NCBI GenBank assembly: GCA_029906985.1
Contig: JARYMT010000001.1
Location: forward strand, 67,223 to 131,222
Origin: Microgenomates group bacterium
Lineage (GTDB): Bacteria > Patescibacteriota > Microgenomatia > UBA1406 > GWC2-37-13
Reading direction: 5' to 3'
DNA length: 64,000 bases
A model generated the notes under the pieces. The model had not been told where the DNA came from, did not search any database, and saw only the letters and a program-made list of their open reading frames with translations. Both the position numbers and the translations under genes were made by a program. Shown piece by piece: positions 27,961 to 36,764 of the stretch. Each line of letters opens with the position of its first letter. Position 1 is the stretch's first letter.

Positions 27961-28920
27961 ATGATTACTGTCCGGAATTTAACCAAGGTTTATCAGGTCC
28001 CAATTAAGGGAAAATCTTTTTTGTCTGATATCTTCAACCGCCAGTACCAGGAAAATGTCGCCTTGAATAAAATTTCATTTGAAATTGCCGAAGATGAACT
28101 GGTTGGTTTCATCGGTCCCAACGGCGCTGGAAAAACAACCACTTTAAAAATTCTTGCCGGTATTTTGTATCCAACCGCCGGTCAAGTAAGCGTCGTCGGC
28201 TATACCCCTTTTGAAAAAAAAGCCGCTTTTCTTAGACAGATTTCTTTTATCGCCGGTCAACGGAATCAGCTTATTTGGGATTTGCCGGTAATCGATAGTT
28301 TTTACCTAAATAAAGAAATTTACCAAATCAGTAATCCCGATTTTAATAAACGAATTGATGAATTGTCTTCGCTTTTAAACTGCCGCCACCTTCTTAATAA
28401 GCCGGTCAAAATGCTTTCTTTAGGCGAAAGAATGAAGATGGAATTAATCGCCGCGTTAATTCACCAACCAAAAATAATTTTTTTTGACGAACCAACCATC
28501 GGTTTGGATATTTTTTCTCAAGAAACTATTCGCCACTTTATCAAAAATTATCAAAAAAATTACCGGGCGACAATTGTCCTTACCAGTCATTACCTTGAAG
28601 ATGTCAAAAGAATGGCAAAAAGATTGATTATTATTGATAAAGGAAAAATTATTTACGACGGCAGTTTAAAAAGAATTCTCCAAGAATATTCAAAAGGAAA
28701 AAAAGTAAGTTTGTTTTTAGAAAATGAGGCTAAACCTGAATTAATTTATGCAATCGGCCGGCCGGTAACTTATGAGTATCCTAAAGTGGTTTTTTTTATA
28801 AAAAAAGAGGATCTGCCGGAAAAAATCAAATTAATCACCAAAACCCTGCCTTTTACTGATTTGACCGTTGAAGACGAATCGATCGAAAGAATAATAAAGA
28901 ATTTTTTTAAAAACCAGTAA
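27961..28920 (+). CDS. ABC transporter ATP-binding protein
   Basis: Walker A GPNGAGKTTTLKIL, signature LSLGERMK, Walker B IIFFDEPTIGLD. Confidence 0.9.
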   Translation: MITVRNLTKVYQVPIKGKSFLSDIFNRQYQENVALNKISFEIAEDELVGFIGPNGAGKTTTLKILAGILYPTAGQVSVVGYTPFEKKAAFLRQISFIAGQRNQLIWDLPVIDSFYLNKEIYQISNPDFNKRIDELSSLLNCRHLLNKPVKMLSLGERMKMELIAALIHQPKIIFFDEPTIGLDIFSQETIRHFIKNYQKNYRATIVLTSHYLEDVKRMAKRLIIIDKGKIIYDGSLKRILQEYSKGKKVSLFLENEAKPELIYAIGRPVTYEYPKVVFFIKKEDLPEKIKLITKTLPFTDLTVEDESIERIIKNFFKNQ

Positions 28921-28946
28921 AGTTTATTTTATGCTAAACTTTATCT

Positions 28947-29219
28947 ATGAAAAAACCATATTTGTTTTTAGTTTTTCTTATTGTCGTTTTAAGCTTTGTC
29001 CTCGGCGTCCGCTATGGTCAGCAGGTGGAAAAAACCAATAAATTCATTGACTACCTAACTAGTTTGTCGCCAACCAAACCGTCTTCCCCCACTCCGACTC
29101 CCTGGATAATAGAAAACTATCGCAGCAAAAAATGGGGGCTTCGCTTTTATTTTCCTTCTTTTTTGTCTGTCAAAGAAGATCCGACCAGTCCAGCAGTTTA
29201 TATCGAATTGAAAAAATGA
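28947..29219 (+). CDS. small membrane-anchored hypothetical protein
   Basis: 90 aa with an N-terminal TM helix and a PTKPSSPTPTP linker. Its stop overlaps the fmt ATG (ATGA). Confidence 0.4.
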   Translation: MKKPYLFLVFLIVVLSFVLGVRYGQQVEKTNKFIDYLTSLSPTKPSSPTPTPWIIENYRSKKWGLRFYFPSFLSVKEDPTSPAVYIELKK

Positions 29220-30265
29220 ATAAGCCTGCTCTTATTTATTTTGGTTCGTCTTATTTTTCGGCAATTTTTTTGGAAAAGCTTCTATCCGACTCTGATTTAA
29301 AACAAATTATTAAGATAAAGTGTGTTATCACCCAACCTGATAAACCAGTCGGCCGAAAACAGATTTTAACGCCAACCAAAGTAAAACTTATGGCTCAAAA
29401 ATATAATATTCCAGTCTGCTATTATAGTCTTAGATTTCAAAAGTCAAATCTCAAAATCATATCTAAAAACCTAAATCAAAATAAAAAGACTTTAGATTTA
29501 AGATGCGGGTTTGACATTTACGATTTGGGAGCCAACGTAGATTTATGTCTGGTCTTTGCCTTCGGTGAAATTATTCCTAAGAAACTATTAGCTCTCCCAA
29601 AATATGGATTTATTAATATCCACCCCTCATTGTTGCCCAAATACCGCGGGCCATCGCCAATCGCCTATCCGCTGATAAACGGCGATACCGTAACCGGAGT
29701 TACCTTGATTCAAATGGATGAGAAGATTGATCACGGTCCGATCATCAGTCAGGAAAAACTGGATATTTTACCCGGCGACCGTCGTCCTGATTTAGAAATA
29801 AAACTCACTGATTTGGCGTTTTTGTTATTTAAGAAAACAATTACTCAATTACGAATTGCGGATTGCGGATTAAAAACAAGAAGCCAAAATCATAAAGAAG
29901 CCACTTATACAAAACTCCTCAAAAAATCCGACGGTTTTATTTCCTTTTCTGTTCTTAAAAAAGTTTTAAACAATCAACCAATTAGTCCTAAAGAGCTTCC
30001 ACCGATTATTAAGAATTTGAAATTAGAAATTAGAAATTTACCGAAAATTATTTTTGATTATTTTCGGGGTTTATATCCTTGGCCCGGCCTCTGGACCACC
30101 ATCCGTGTCAATCCGTTATCAATCCGTGAGAATCTTATCAATAAGAGATTGAAAATAACTGATTTGCAGTACAAAGATGAAAAGTTAATAATCCGTCGTG
30201 TCCAACTGGAAGGCAAAAAAGAAGTCGACTTTGAGACCTTTAATAGGGCTTATAAAGTTTTTTAA
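29216..30265 (+). CDS. fmt: methionyl-tRNA formyltransferase
   Basis: From ATG 29216 (MNKPALIYFGSS...). Motifs VITQPDKPVGRK, INIHPSLLPKYRGPSPI, TGVTLIQMDEKIDHGPI. Several extra segments relative to the E. coli Fmt pattern. The track start at 29132 overlaps the upstream gene. Confidence 0.85.
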   Translation: MNKPALIYFGSSYFSAIFLEKLLSDSDLKQIIKIKCVITQPDKPVGRKQILTPTKVKLMAQKYNIPVCYYSLRFQKSNLKIISKNLNQNKKTLDLRCGFDIYDLGANVDLCLVFAFGEIIPKKLLALPKYGFINIHPSLLPKYRGPSPIAYPLINGDTVTGVTLIQMDEKIDHGPIISQEKLDILPGDRRPDLEIKLTDLAFLLFKKTITQLRIADCGLKTRSQNHKEATYTKLLKKSDGFISFSVLKKVLNNQPISPKELPPIIKNLKLEIRNLPKIIFDYFRGLYPWPGLWTTIRVNPLSIRENLINKRLKITDLQYKDEKLIIRRVQLEGKKEVDFETFNRAYKVF

Positions 30266-31428
30266 AAGCGGCCACTAACATCAAAATCTTCTGCTTTCTC
30301 GGTTTTCCCTGATTTAACTTCGGTGACAATTATCTTCCCGCCTCTTTGTTTTATCCATTCTTGGATAAGCGGATCAGCGATTAACTGTTGAGCAATTCTT
30401 TTCGATTCCTCAAGACTTGATGTTTCGATAATTAGTGTTTTTGTGTCAAAAAAGCTTTGACCTTCATTGGCATAAATTGCATGTTTGATTGGATAATAAA
30501 GTTGGGTAATCGCTTGTTTTAGGTCTTTGGCTCTGATTTTGACCCGTGGGGATGAGGCGATTTCGGTTAGTTTTTCAATCGGTAATCTGACAACAAAAGC
30601 AGTATTGGGACAACCAAATAATGGTGGATACCTTAAACCGATAGGAATTGGTGATGTTGATAATACAACTGCTCTGGGATTTTGGACTTTTTGCCTTTCA
30701 GCAAAGCCTGGATCAGCCATCAGCCTTGCGGTCGTCAATTGGGTATTCTTTTCAATAATTTCTAGAAATTCTGTCGTTAGGCTACCCTCTTCTAGGGCAG
30801 GAATTTGTCCCAATTCTCCTTCATTGTCGATAATTTGCGGATAAATAATTGCTCTTTCTTTTCTTTCATTCACTATTGATTGAGCAATCGGCGCCGCCAT
30901 TAATGTCAAATGATCAACGGCAATTCCGTATACTGGTTTATCTCCAGCCAAGCGCGATACTTGTTTAACAATTGCCACTGTTTGCTTTAATGAATCCGGC
31001 TGAATCCGGGAAATAAAAGCCGTCAACTCATCGGCCGGTGGCTGATCTTCGTTGGTAATTTGTTGTCTGGCATCAACGCCGCCACAACCAGCTATTACTC
31101 CGTTTTCTTCTAATTTTTTTCCATCATAATGGCCAACAACTACTACCCGACCGACTCCTTTATGTCTAATTAGATATTTGAACGGCTCTGTCTCACCATT
31201 TGCAGCAATATTCGATACCGAAGCTACTAAAATATTACCACCCATGATCCATATCGAATTTAGTCTGGCATCAGAACATAAGATCACCAAAGTCAACTCG
31301 CCTTGCTTCCTTTCTTTTGCCTCTTGCCATAATCTCAAATTTATTTGAGCTTCATCTTCTTGGTTTACTTCCAATAAAGTTTTTGCTGTTATCGGCAAAT
31401 CTTTTTGCCGCGGAACCTCAGGTGTCAT
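30262..31428 (-). CDS. hypothetical protein with beta-carbonic-anhydrase-like N-terminal domain
   Basis: LVILCSDARL... and VVVVGHYDGKKLEENGVIAGCGGV resemble the beta-CA zinc motifs CxDxR and GHxxCGG, but with about 12 residues inserted between His and Cys. The C-terminal about 200 aa are unrecognised. Confidence 0.35.
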   Translation of the reverse strand: MTPEVPRQKDLPITAKTLLEVNQEDEAQINLRLWQEAKERKQGELTLVILCSDARLNSIWIMGGNILVASVSNIAANGETEPFKYLIRHKGVGRVVVVGHYDGKKLEENGVIAGCGGVDARQQITNEDQPPADELTAFISRIQPDSLKQTVAIVKQVSRLAGDKPVYGIAVDHLTLMAAPIAQSIVNERKERAIIYPQIIDNEGELGQIPALEEGSLTTEFLEIIEKNTQLTTARLMADPGFAERQKVQNPRAVVLSTSPIPIGLRYPPLFGCPNTAFVVRLPIEKLTEIASSPRVKIRAKDLKQAITQLYYPIKHAIYANEGQSFFDTKTLIIETSSLEESKRIAQQLIADPLIQEWIKQRGGKIIVTEVKSGKTEKAEDFDVSGRF

Positions 31429-31519
31429 TTTTATCTTTTAAAACTAAAAAAAATTGAAAAAGAAATTATATTAACAAGGAATTTTTTTGTCAACTAGATA
31501 ATGAAATTCAAATATCTTT

Positions 31520-32005
31520 TCAATAAAAAAGAGGTGGTCGAAGTCCGGGCATTCCATTTTCCATGTAAGCTTGTAAAATTTCTAATGTTTTGGGACCGTC
31601 TATTTGTAACGGCAGTCGTCGGCCGCCAATTTGTATTGTCCTCAGTGGTGGTCCGAAACCTCCATGGGGGATTTTAAACCAACCCGAGCCATCCGAGCCA
31701 AAACGATCCAAACAAAGAAATCGGTCAGGGCCTTTTGGGGTTGTTCGCATCATTTCTTGATAAAGAAAAACCATTGGTAAAGTTGGCTGTTGATCACCCC
31801 TATCTTTACTATCTTTATCTTCTAAAGGAAGAGCAACAAAAGCAAACATATATTCCTTCTTTCCTGTTGGGTTTCCAAACCAAACGCCAACCGCCATATC
31901 TGGCACCCTTTCTTCTACTGAATGACTCGGTTGATTACCTAAAGAAAAACCTACCGCTGCCAGTCCGTTTGCGGAAAATGGGACAAATAAACAAGCAGTC
32001 ATCAT
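31520..32005 (-). CDS. hypothetical Gly/Pro-rich protein; possibly the 3' part of a frameshifted gene
   Basis: 161-aa ORF, visibly GC-richer than its neighbours. The same frame is open upstream to 32143 without a start codon. A 33-codon ORF (32077..32178, MGIIETTIYFDKPG...) begins 5 nt after the upstream gene's stop, and its frame differs by one base (the 161-aa ORF is reached by a -1 shift). Confidence 0.3.
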   Translation of the reverse strand: MMTACLFVPFSANGLAAVGFSLGNQPSHSVEERVPDMAVGVWFGNPTGKKEYMFAFVALPLEDKDSKDRGDQQPTLPMVFLYQEMMRTTPKGPDRFLCLDRFGSDGSGWFKIPHGGFGPPLRTIQIGGRRLPLQIDGPKTLEILQAYMENGMPGLRPPLFY

Positions 32006-32182
32006 TAATTCGCTATAACACCATTTCCCCCAATCACCCTCATCTGACCGGCGGGGGAGTTTGATACCAAGGGTTATTAATAAATTGATAGCACGTTGGA
32101 GCCCGCTGATACCCGGGTTTCCATTTTGGTAATTATTCCGGGTTTATCAAAATAAATTGTCGTTTCAATTATCCCCATATTT

Positions 32183-32962
32183 TTACACCTTAAACAAACT
32201 TCCCACCAAATATCCAACCAAAGCCGAAAGCATACCGATCGCCATCATCTCAAATCCCATTTTAAGAAAATTCCGGCCAAGGGTGATTTTTGCTTTGTAA
32301 TAACCGATACCAAAAAGAATTAATGAGGTGATTATTACCGATAGCCAGACGCTGACAGTGACCGGCAGGAAAAAAAACGGCAATAGTGGGGTTAACGAAC
32401 CAATTAAAGCGGCCACACCAACAATTAAAGCGTCTGGAAAAGCTTGTCTTCTATCAACTTTTTCCAGTTTTAGTTCCTGTTCCATCATTACCTGCAACCA
32501 GTTTTTTTTGTCGCTGGTAATTTTTTCAATAATTTCCTCCAGCTGTTTTCCTTGAAAACCATAATTTTCATAAAGAGCTTTGATTTCTTCTTTTTCACCA
32601 TTTGGATTATTTTCAATCTCCCATTTTTCTCTCTCCAGTTCCGATTGATAATAGTCTGCCTCGGCCAGCTTGCTGTTGTAGGCAACCGCCGCCATGGAAA
32701 AACTTTCGGCAAAAGTCATTGCCAGACCAGAAATAATCACCAGACGCGAATCGGAAGTTGCGGCCGCCACCCCTAAAATTAAACCTAAGACATTAACCAG
32801 TCCATCCTGACCACCAAGAATAATTTGAGGTAAAATAAAACTGTTGTTTTTCTTTTCACCATTATGAATTGCCCGATGGACCAAGCGGGGGGCATGAAAT
32901 AATTTCATTTTTTTTAAATCTTTTTTCAAAAACGCCTCGCGGGCCTTATCTATTCTGGGCAT
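32183..32962 (-). CDS. VIT1/CCC1-family iron/manganese transporter
   Basis: GGQDGLVNVLGLILGVAAA motif, central acidic helical region (EADYYQSELEREKWEIENNP), C-terminal TM helices. Confidence 0.75.
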   Translation of the reverse strand: MPRIDKAREAFLKKDLKKMKLFHAPRLVHRAIHNGEKKNNSFILPQIILGGQDGLVNVLGLILGVAAATSDSRLVIISGLAMTFAESFSMAAVAYNSKLAEADYYQSELEREKWEIENNPNGEKEEIKALYENYGFQGKQLEEIIEKITSDKKNWLQVMMEQELKLEKVDRRQAFPDALIVGVAALIGSLTPLLPFFFLPVTVSVWLSVIITSLILFGIGYYKAKITLGRNFLKMGFEMMAIGMLSALVGYLVGSLFKV

Positions 32963-33020
32963 AAAAAATTAAAAAATATTAAAATTTAATCTTGTTTTTT
33001 CCTACAATCAAACTTAACTT

Positions 33021-34403
33021 TTATATCTTATTATTGATAATTAATTCTCTAATTATATCAAAAAATCTCTCCATCACCAATAAATTATGATATGTTGCTA
33101 AATTATAAGCCAAAATTTCTTTTTGTTTAAATAAATGGTGAAGATAAGATTTACTAAAATTTTGACAAACATAACAATAACAATTTTCATCAACCGGTGA
33201 CAAATCATGTTTATATCGATTTTTAAAAATATCAACTTGTCTGGAAATTGTTTTTTTAAAATTGGAAACTTGGTGAGAATTTAGAAAATTGAAACTTGAG
33301 ATTTGGTATAACCTCCCCATTCTTGCTAATCTCGTCGGTTCAACGCAATCAAAAGTATCAATCCCATATCCTACTAGATCTAAAATATCATCAAATTGGC
33401 CAACACCAAGAAGATGAACCGGCCGATCAGCGGGCAGATAATCGGCAACCCAGTCAACCTGATCTCGCATCTCTTTTTTGCTTTCGCCGACAGAGACGCC
33501 GCCAATCGCTACTCCATCGGTGTTTTGGGAAACAACAAATTTGGCCGACTCTTTCCGTAAATCCTCAAAAGTGGCCCCCTGAATAATGCCATAAAGAAAC
33601 TGTTGTTTTTGTTTGAGAGGCAAAGCAGCCCCAACTGGAGGTTTGGCCGACGAAGCCTTAGTGACTTTGGTAAACGAATCCAAAACAGGAGTCGCTAACC
33701 GATTATTAAAATATTTGATGCATCTTTTTAACCATTCATGAGTTCTCTCCATCGCTTTTCTAGCATATTTGTATTGCGCAGGATAATATGTGCATTCATC
33801 AAACGCCATCATTATGTCTGCTCCAATTTTTATCTGATGCTCCATTGATTTTTCCGGAGTAAACTCGATCAGCTGGCCATCATAGGTCGACCGAAACCTT
33901 ACCCCATCGTCGGAAATTTTTATCACCAGCGGCTCTTCCTCGCCTCTAATATCGGCTTTTCTTATTTTGTTTTGACCATGAAGAAATACCTGCTTTTGTG
34001 ACAGTCGCCCGGGTGAGGCGGTCGAAAAAACACGGTGTCGAGCATCATTATTTTCAGAAAGGTCCGCCTTCGCAGTAAATCGCTGCTTTGTCGAGGCGAG
34101 GGAAAACACCTGAAACCCTCCTGAATCACTCATTAAAGGAAGATTTAATTTTGCCCATTGATGGATCCCTCCGGCTTTCTGGATTAAATCAGCCCCCGGA
34201 TGAGAGACTAAATGATAAGTATTGACAAAAGCCGCTTGGGTTTTGATTTGATTAAGTAAAAATGGAAAAGTTGTTTTAATTGTCCCTTTTGTCCCAACGG
34301 CTACAAATGCCGGCGTTTTGATTATCCCATGGCTGGTTTTAATTTCCCCAACTCGGGCGTGAGATTTTTTAGATCGATATAGTAATTTAAAAAATTTACC
34401 CAT
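33021..34403 (-). CDS. tgt: tRNA-guanine transglycosylase (queuine tRNA-ribosyltransferase)
   Basis: ARVGEIKTSHGIIKTPAFVAVGT, DSGGFQVFSL, MAFDEC, zinc site CYCYVC...H. Carries extra segments, including about 50 aa after FSL that contain the repeat at 34000-34043. Confidence 0.9.
   Translation of the reverse strand: MGKFFKLLYRSKKSHARVGEIKTSHGIIKTPAFVAVGTKGTIKTTFPFLLNQIKTQAAFVNTYHLVSHPGADLIQKAGGIHQWAKLNLPLMSDSGGFQVFSLASTKQRFTAKADLSENNDARHRVFSTASPGRLSQKQVFLHGQNKIRKADIRGEEEPLVIKISDDGVRFRSTYDGQLIEFTPEKSMEHQIKIGADIMMAFDECTYYPAQYKYARKAMERTHEWLKRCIKYFNNRLATPVLDSFTKVTKASSAKPPVGAALPLKQKQQFLYGIIQGATFEDLRKESAKFVVSQNTDGVAIGGVSVGESKKEMRDQVDWVADYLPADRPVHLLGVGQFDDILDLVGYGIDTFDCVEPTRLARMGRLYQISSFNFLNSHQVSNFKKTISRQVDIFKNRYKHDLSPVDENCYCYVCQNFSKSYLHHLFKQKEILAYNLATYHNLLVMERFFDIIRELIINNKI
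34000..34043. repeat. GC-rich repeat inside the tgt coding sequence (copy 1)
   Basis: GACAGTCGCCCGGGTGAGGCGGTCGAAAAAACACGGTGTCGAGC matches 52335-52402 inside tatD, apart from a 23-nt hairpin present only there, a 1-nt A-run length difference and a few substitutions. Confidence 0.7.
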
Positions 34404-34543
34404 TAAGATAATATTATACCCGGGATTTGATTGACAAAAAAAGCAAAAGGGAAGTTTATTTTTTTAACTTTAAAAATTTTATTGAAATTTTTGGCGTTAA
34501 ACCGGCGATGAAAACGACTGCTTCTTTAATTAAACTTTAAAAA

Positions 34544-35023
34544 TTATTTATAATACTCTCGCACCTGAAATAAACAATAAAATGAAATGGCGCCGCCGAT
34601 GATCAAGCCGCCAAGATTAAAAAGAATCAAATTTTGTAAAACGCCAACCAAACTGGCATAGAACATATAATTCCAACCAGCTTTCGTTCTTTTCATTAAT
34701 CCGGAAATCGAAAGAGCTTGAAGAATTACGATAACGATTAAAAACGCCATATTGATATAATATCCAGTCCCCCAAAAAATTCTTCCGGTTGCCCAACCGC
34801 CCATCATCCCCCATGGAGCAAAAGCCGCTCCAATTCCCAAAATCGCCAAAATAGCCGGAATCGATAAAATAACGCCAAGGATCGCTAAATAAGGCGCTAA
34901 GTTAACGATTAATTCTTTGATATTGGTTGGTAGAGCCGGTGCTTTTTTGCCAAAATATAAATTTAATGTTTCCTCGAGGCTTTTTAAGGATGATTTTAAA
35001 TCTGCCTCTGTTTTTTGTACCAT
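34544..35023 (-). CDS. hypothetical integral membrane protein
   Basis: 159 aa with three or four TM helices after an N-terminal amphipathic segment. No family recognised. Confidence 0.5.
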   Translation of the reverse strand: MVQKTEADLKSSLKSLEETLNLYFGKKAPALPTNIKELIVNLAPYLAILGVILSIPAILAILGIGAAFAPWGMMGGWATGRIFWGTGYYINMAFLIVIVILQALSISGLMKRTKAGWNYMFYASLVGVLQNLILFNLGGLIIGGAISFYCLFQVREYYK

Positions 35024-35086
35024 AGTTTTTTAAAAATTTTTAATTAATACCATCATATTATTTAAATTAAAACTTGTCAATCTAAA

Positions 35087-36181
35087 CTATTTTATCAGCA
35101 TCGCGTCTCCAAAAGAATAAAAACGGCAGTGATTATCAATGGCAATCTGGTACAATTCCTCAAGCGTCTTTTTGGCTTTTTTGAACTTTAAAAAAGCTTC
35201 AACTAATAATCTTAACGAAGAACCGGGTAAATGAAAATTGGTAATCAGACAATCAACCGCTTTAAAATTATAAGGGGGAAAAATAAAAATCCGGGTGTTG
35301 CCAAAGATTTTTTTGTTTTTAGAAATTATTTCACTAAATTGGTTATAGCATTTTTGGCAAGAACCGGAAATAAATTCAGGCGGATATAAAAATATCGATT
35401 CCAAAGTTCTGACAACGGTTGTTCCCACTGCCACTAGTTTTTTGCCATTTTTTTTCCATCTCTGGCAGTTTTTCAATGTTTCTTTTTCCATCTCAAAATA
35501 TTCTTGATGAAGTTTTTTTTCTTTTATATTTTTTTCCGATACCGGCGCAAAAGTTCCCAGTCCAACATGAAGGGTAATAAAAAATTTTTTAATTCCTTTT
35601 TTTTCTAATTTTTTAAAAACCCGGTCGGTAAAGTGCAGCGAGGCGGTCGGCGCCGCCATCGAGCCAATCAACCGGGCGCCGACTGGCGTCCCGGAGAAAA
35701 TGGTCTGATATTTTTTTCTCAACTCCTGTTCTGTGAGCGGTGTGTTTTTAATATACGGCGGAATCGGCATAGATCCGGCATTTTCTAAAAGTCTAAATAA
35801 CTTTTCCCGGGTAAAGTTTAATTTAAATGTAAAAATATTATTTTCCTGTCTTACTGCGGTTGCCAAGTTTTTATTATCAAAAAATAGCTTGTCTCCGATG
35901 TTTATTTTTCGATCAACCATTCCCCTAATTTTTTTGTCAGACCTATTAGTCTCATTCACTAAAAACAACACCTCCACCACTCCACCGTTTTTCTTTTTTA
36001 ACCTGATTCTCGCCGGCAATACCTTAGTATTGTTGAAAACCAAAAAAGATTTTTTAGGCAGATATTTATCCAAGTTATAAAACCGGTCAAAGAAAATCTC
36101 ATCGGTTGAGGTATCATAAACCAAAAGTTTTGCCCAGTCGCGCGGACTGGCTGGTTGTTGGGCAATAATAATATTTTTCAC
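35087..36181 (-). CDS. queA: S-adenosylmethionine:tRNA ribosyltransferase-isomerase
   Basis: PASPRD...KLLV, SMAAPTASLHFT, HVGLGTF, VAVGTTVVRTLES motifs. Confidence 0.9.
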   Translation of the reverse strand: MKNIIIAQQPASPRDWAKLLVYDTSTDEIFFDRFYNLDKYLPKKSFLVFNNTKVLPARIRLKKKNGGVVEVLFLVNETNRSDKKIRGMVDRKINIGDKLFFDNKNLATAVRQENNIFTFKLNFTREKLFRLLENAGSMPIPPYIKNTPLTEQELRKKYQTIFSGTPVGARLIGSMAAPTASLHFTDRVFKKLEKKGIKKFFITLHVGLGTFAPVSEKNIKEKKLHQEYFEMEKETLKNCQRWKKNGKKLVAVGTTVVRTLESIFLYPPEFISGSCQKCYNQFSEIISKNKKIFGNTRIFIFPPYNFKAVDCLITNFHLPGSSLRLLVEAFLKFKKAKKTLEELYQIAIDNHCRFYSFGDAMLIK

Positions 36182-36714
36182 CTAACCAATTCGACAAACC
36201 TAAACTTGTATCCACCGCTTTGATGAGATTGATCAAAGATGACTTTTTTGAATTCCGAATAATCAGGGAAAAAAGTATCGGCGTCAGCCGGAGAATCAAC
36301 GATTGTCAGATATAGTTTATCAGCAATTTTAATTGCCTGTTGGTAAATCTGCCCTCCACCGATAATAAATATCTCCGAACTATCGATTTTTAAAAAATTT
36401 GAGACACCAACCGGCCACTTTTCTTTTTTAGCGACAATTAAAGCTTCACCAAGCGAGTTGACAACCACTGTTTTGCTATGGCTTAGGTTATTATATTGAT
36501 CGGTTTTATAGCGTCGATTTCGGGTAATCACAATGTTTAGTCGATGCTGAAGAGGGCCTCCAATCGATTCAAAAGTCTTTCTTCCCATGATGACTGGATG
36601 TGCTTCGGTAATTTTTTTAAATCTTTTTAAGTCGGCGGGAATATGATAAAGAAGCTTATTGTCTTTTCCCAGTTCCCGGTGAGGGCCAATAACGGCAATT
36701 AAGCTGATTTTCAT
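36178..36714 (-). CDS. folA: dihydrofolate reductase
   Basis: MKISLIAVIG...LGKDNKLLYHIPADLKRFKKIT..HPVIMGRKTFESIG. ATG at 36714; the track extends to 36732. Overlaps the queA start by 4 nt. Confidence 0.85.
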   Translation of the reverse strand: MKISLIAVIGPHRELGKDNKLLYHIPADLKRFKKITEAHPVIMGRKTFESIGGPLQHRLNIVITRNRRYKTDQYNNLSHSKTVVVNSLGEALIVAKKEKWPVGVSNFLKIDSSEIFIIGGGQIYQQAIKIADKLYLTIVDSPADADTFFPDYSEFKKVIFDQSHQSGGYKFRFVELVR

Positions 36715-36764
36715 AGATATATTACAGGTCATCCTGAAATCAGGTTCGGTATGACTAGAATATT

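Noticed and set aside
35640-35665. A 10-nt match (GAGGCGGTCG) in queA to the tgt/tatD intragenic repeat.
   Set aside because: Here it encodes the conserved QueA motif AAPTASLHF. The match does not extend beyond 10 nt and is compatible with chance in 128 kb of two-strand sequence.
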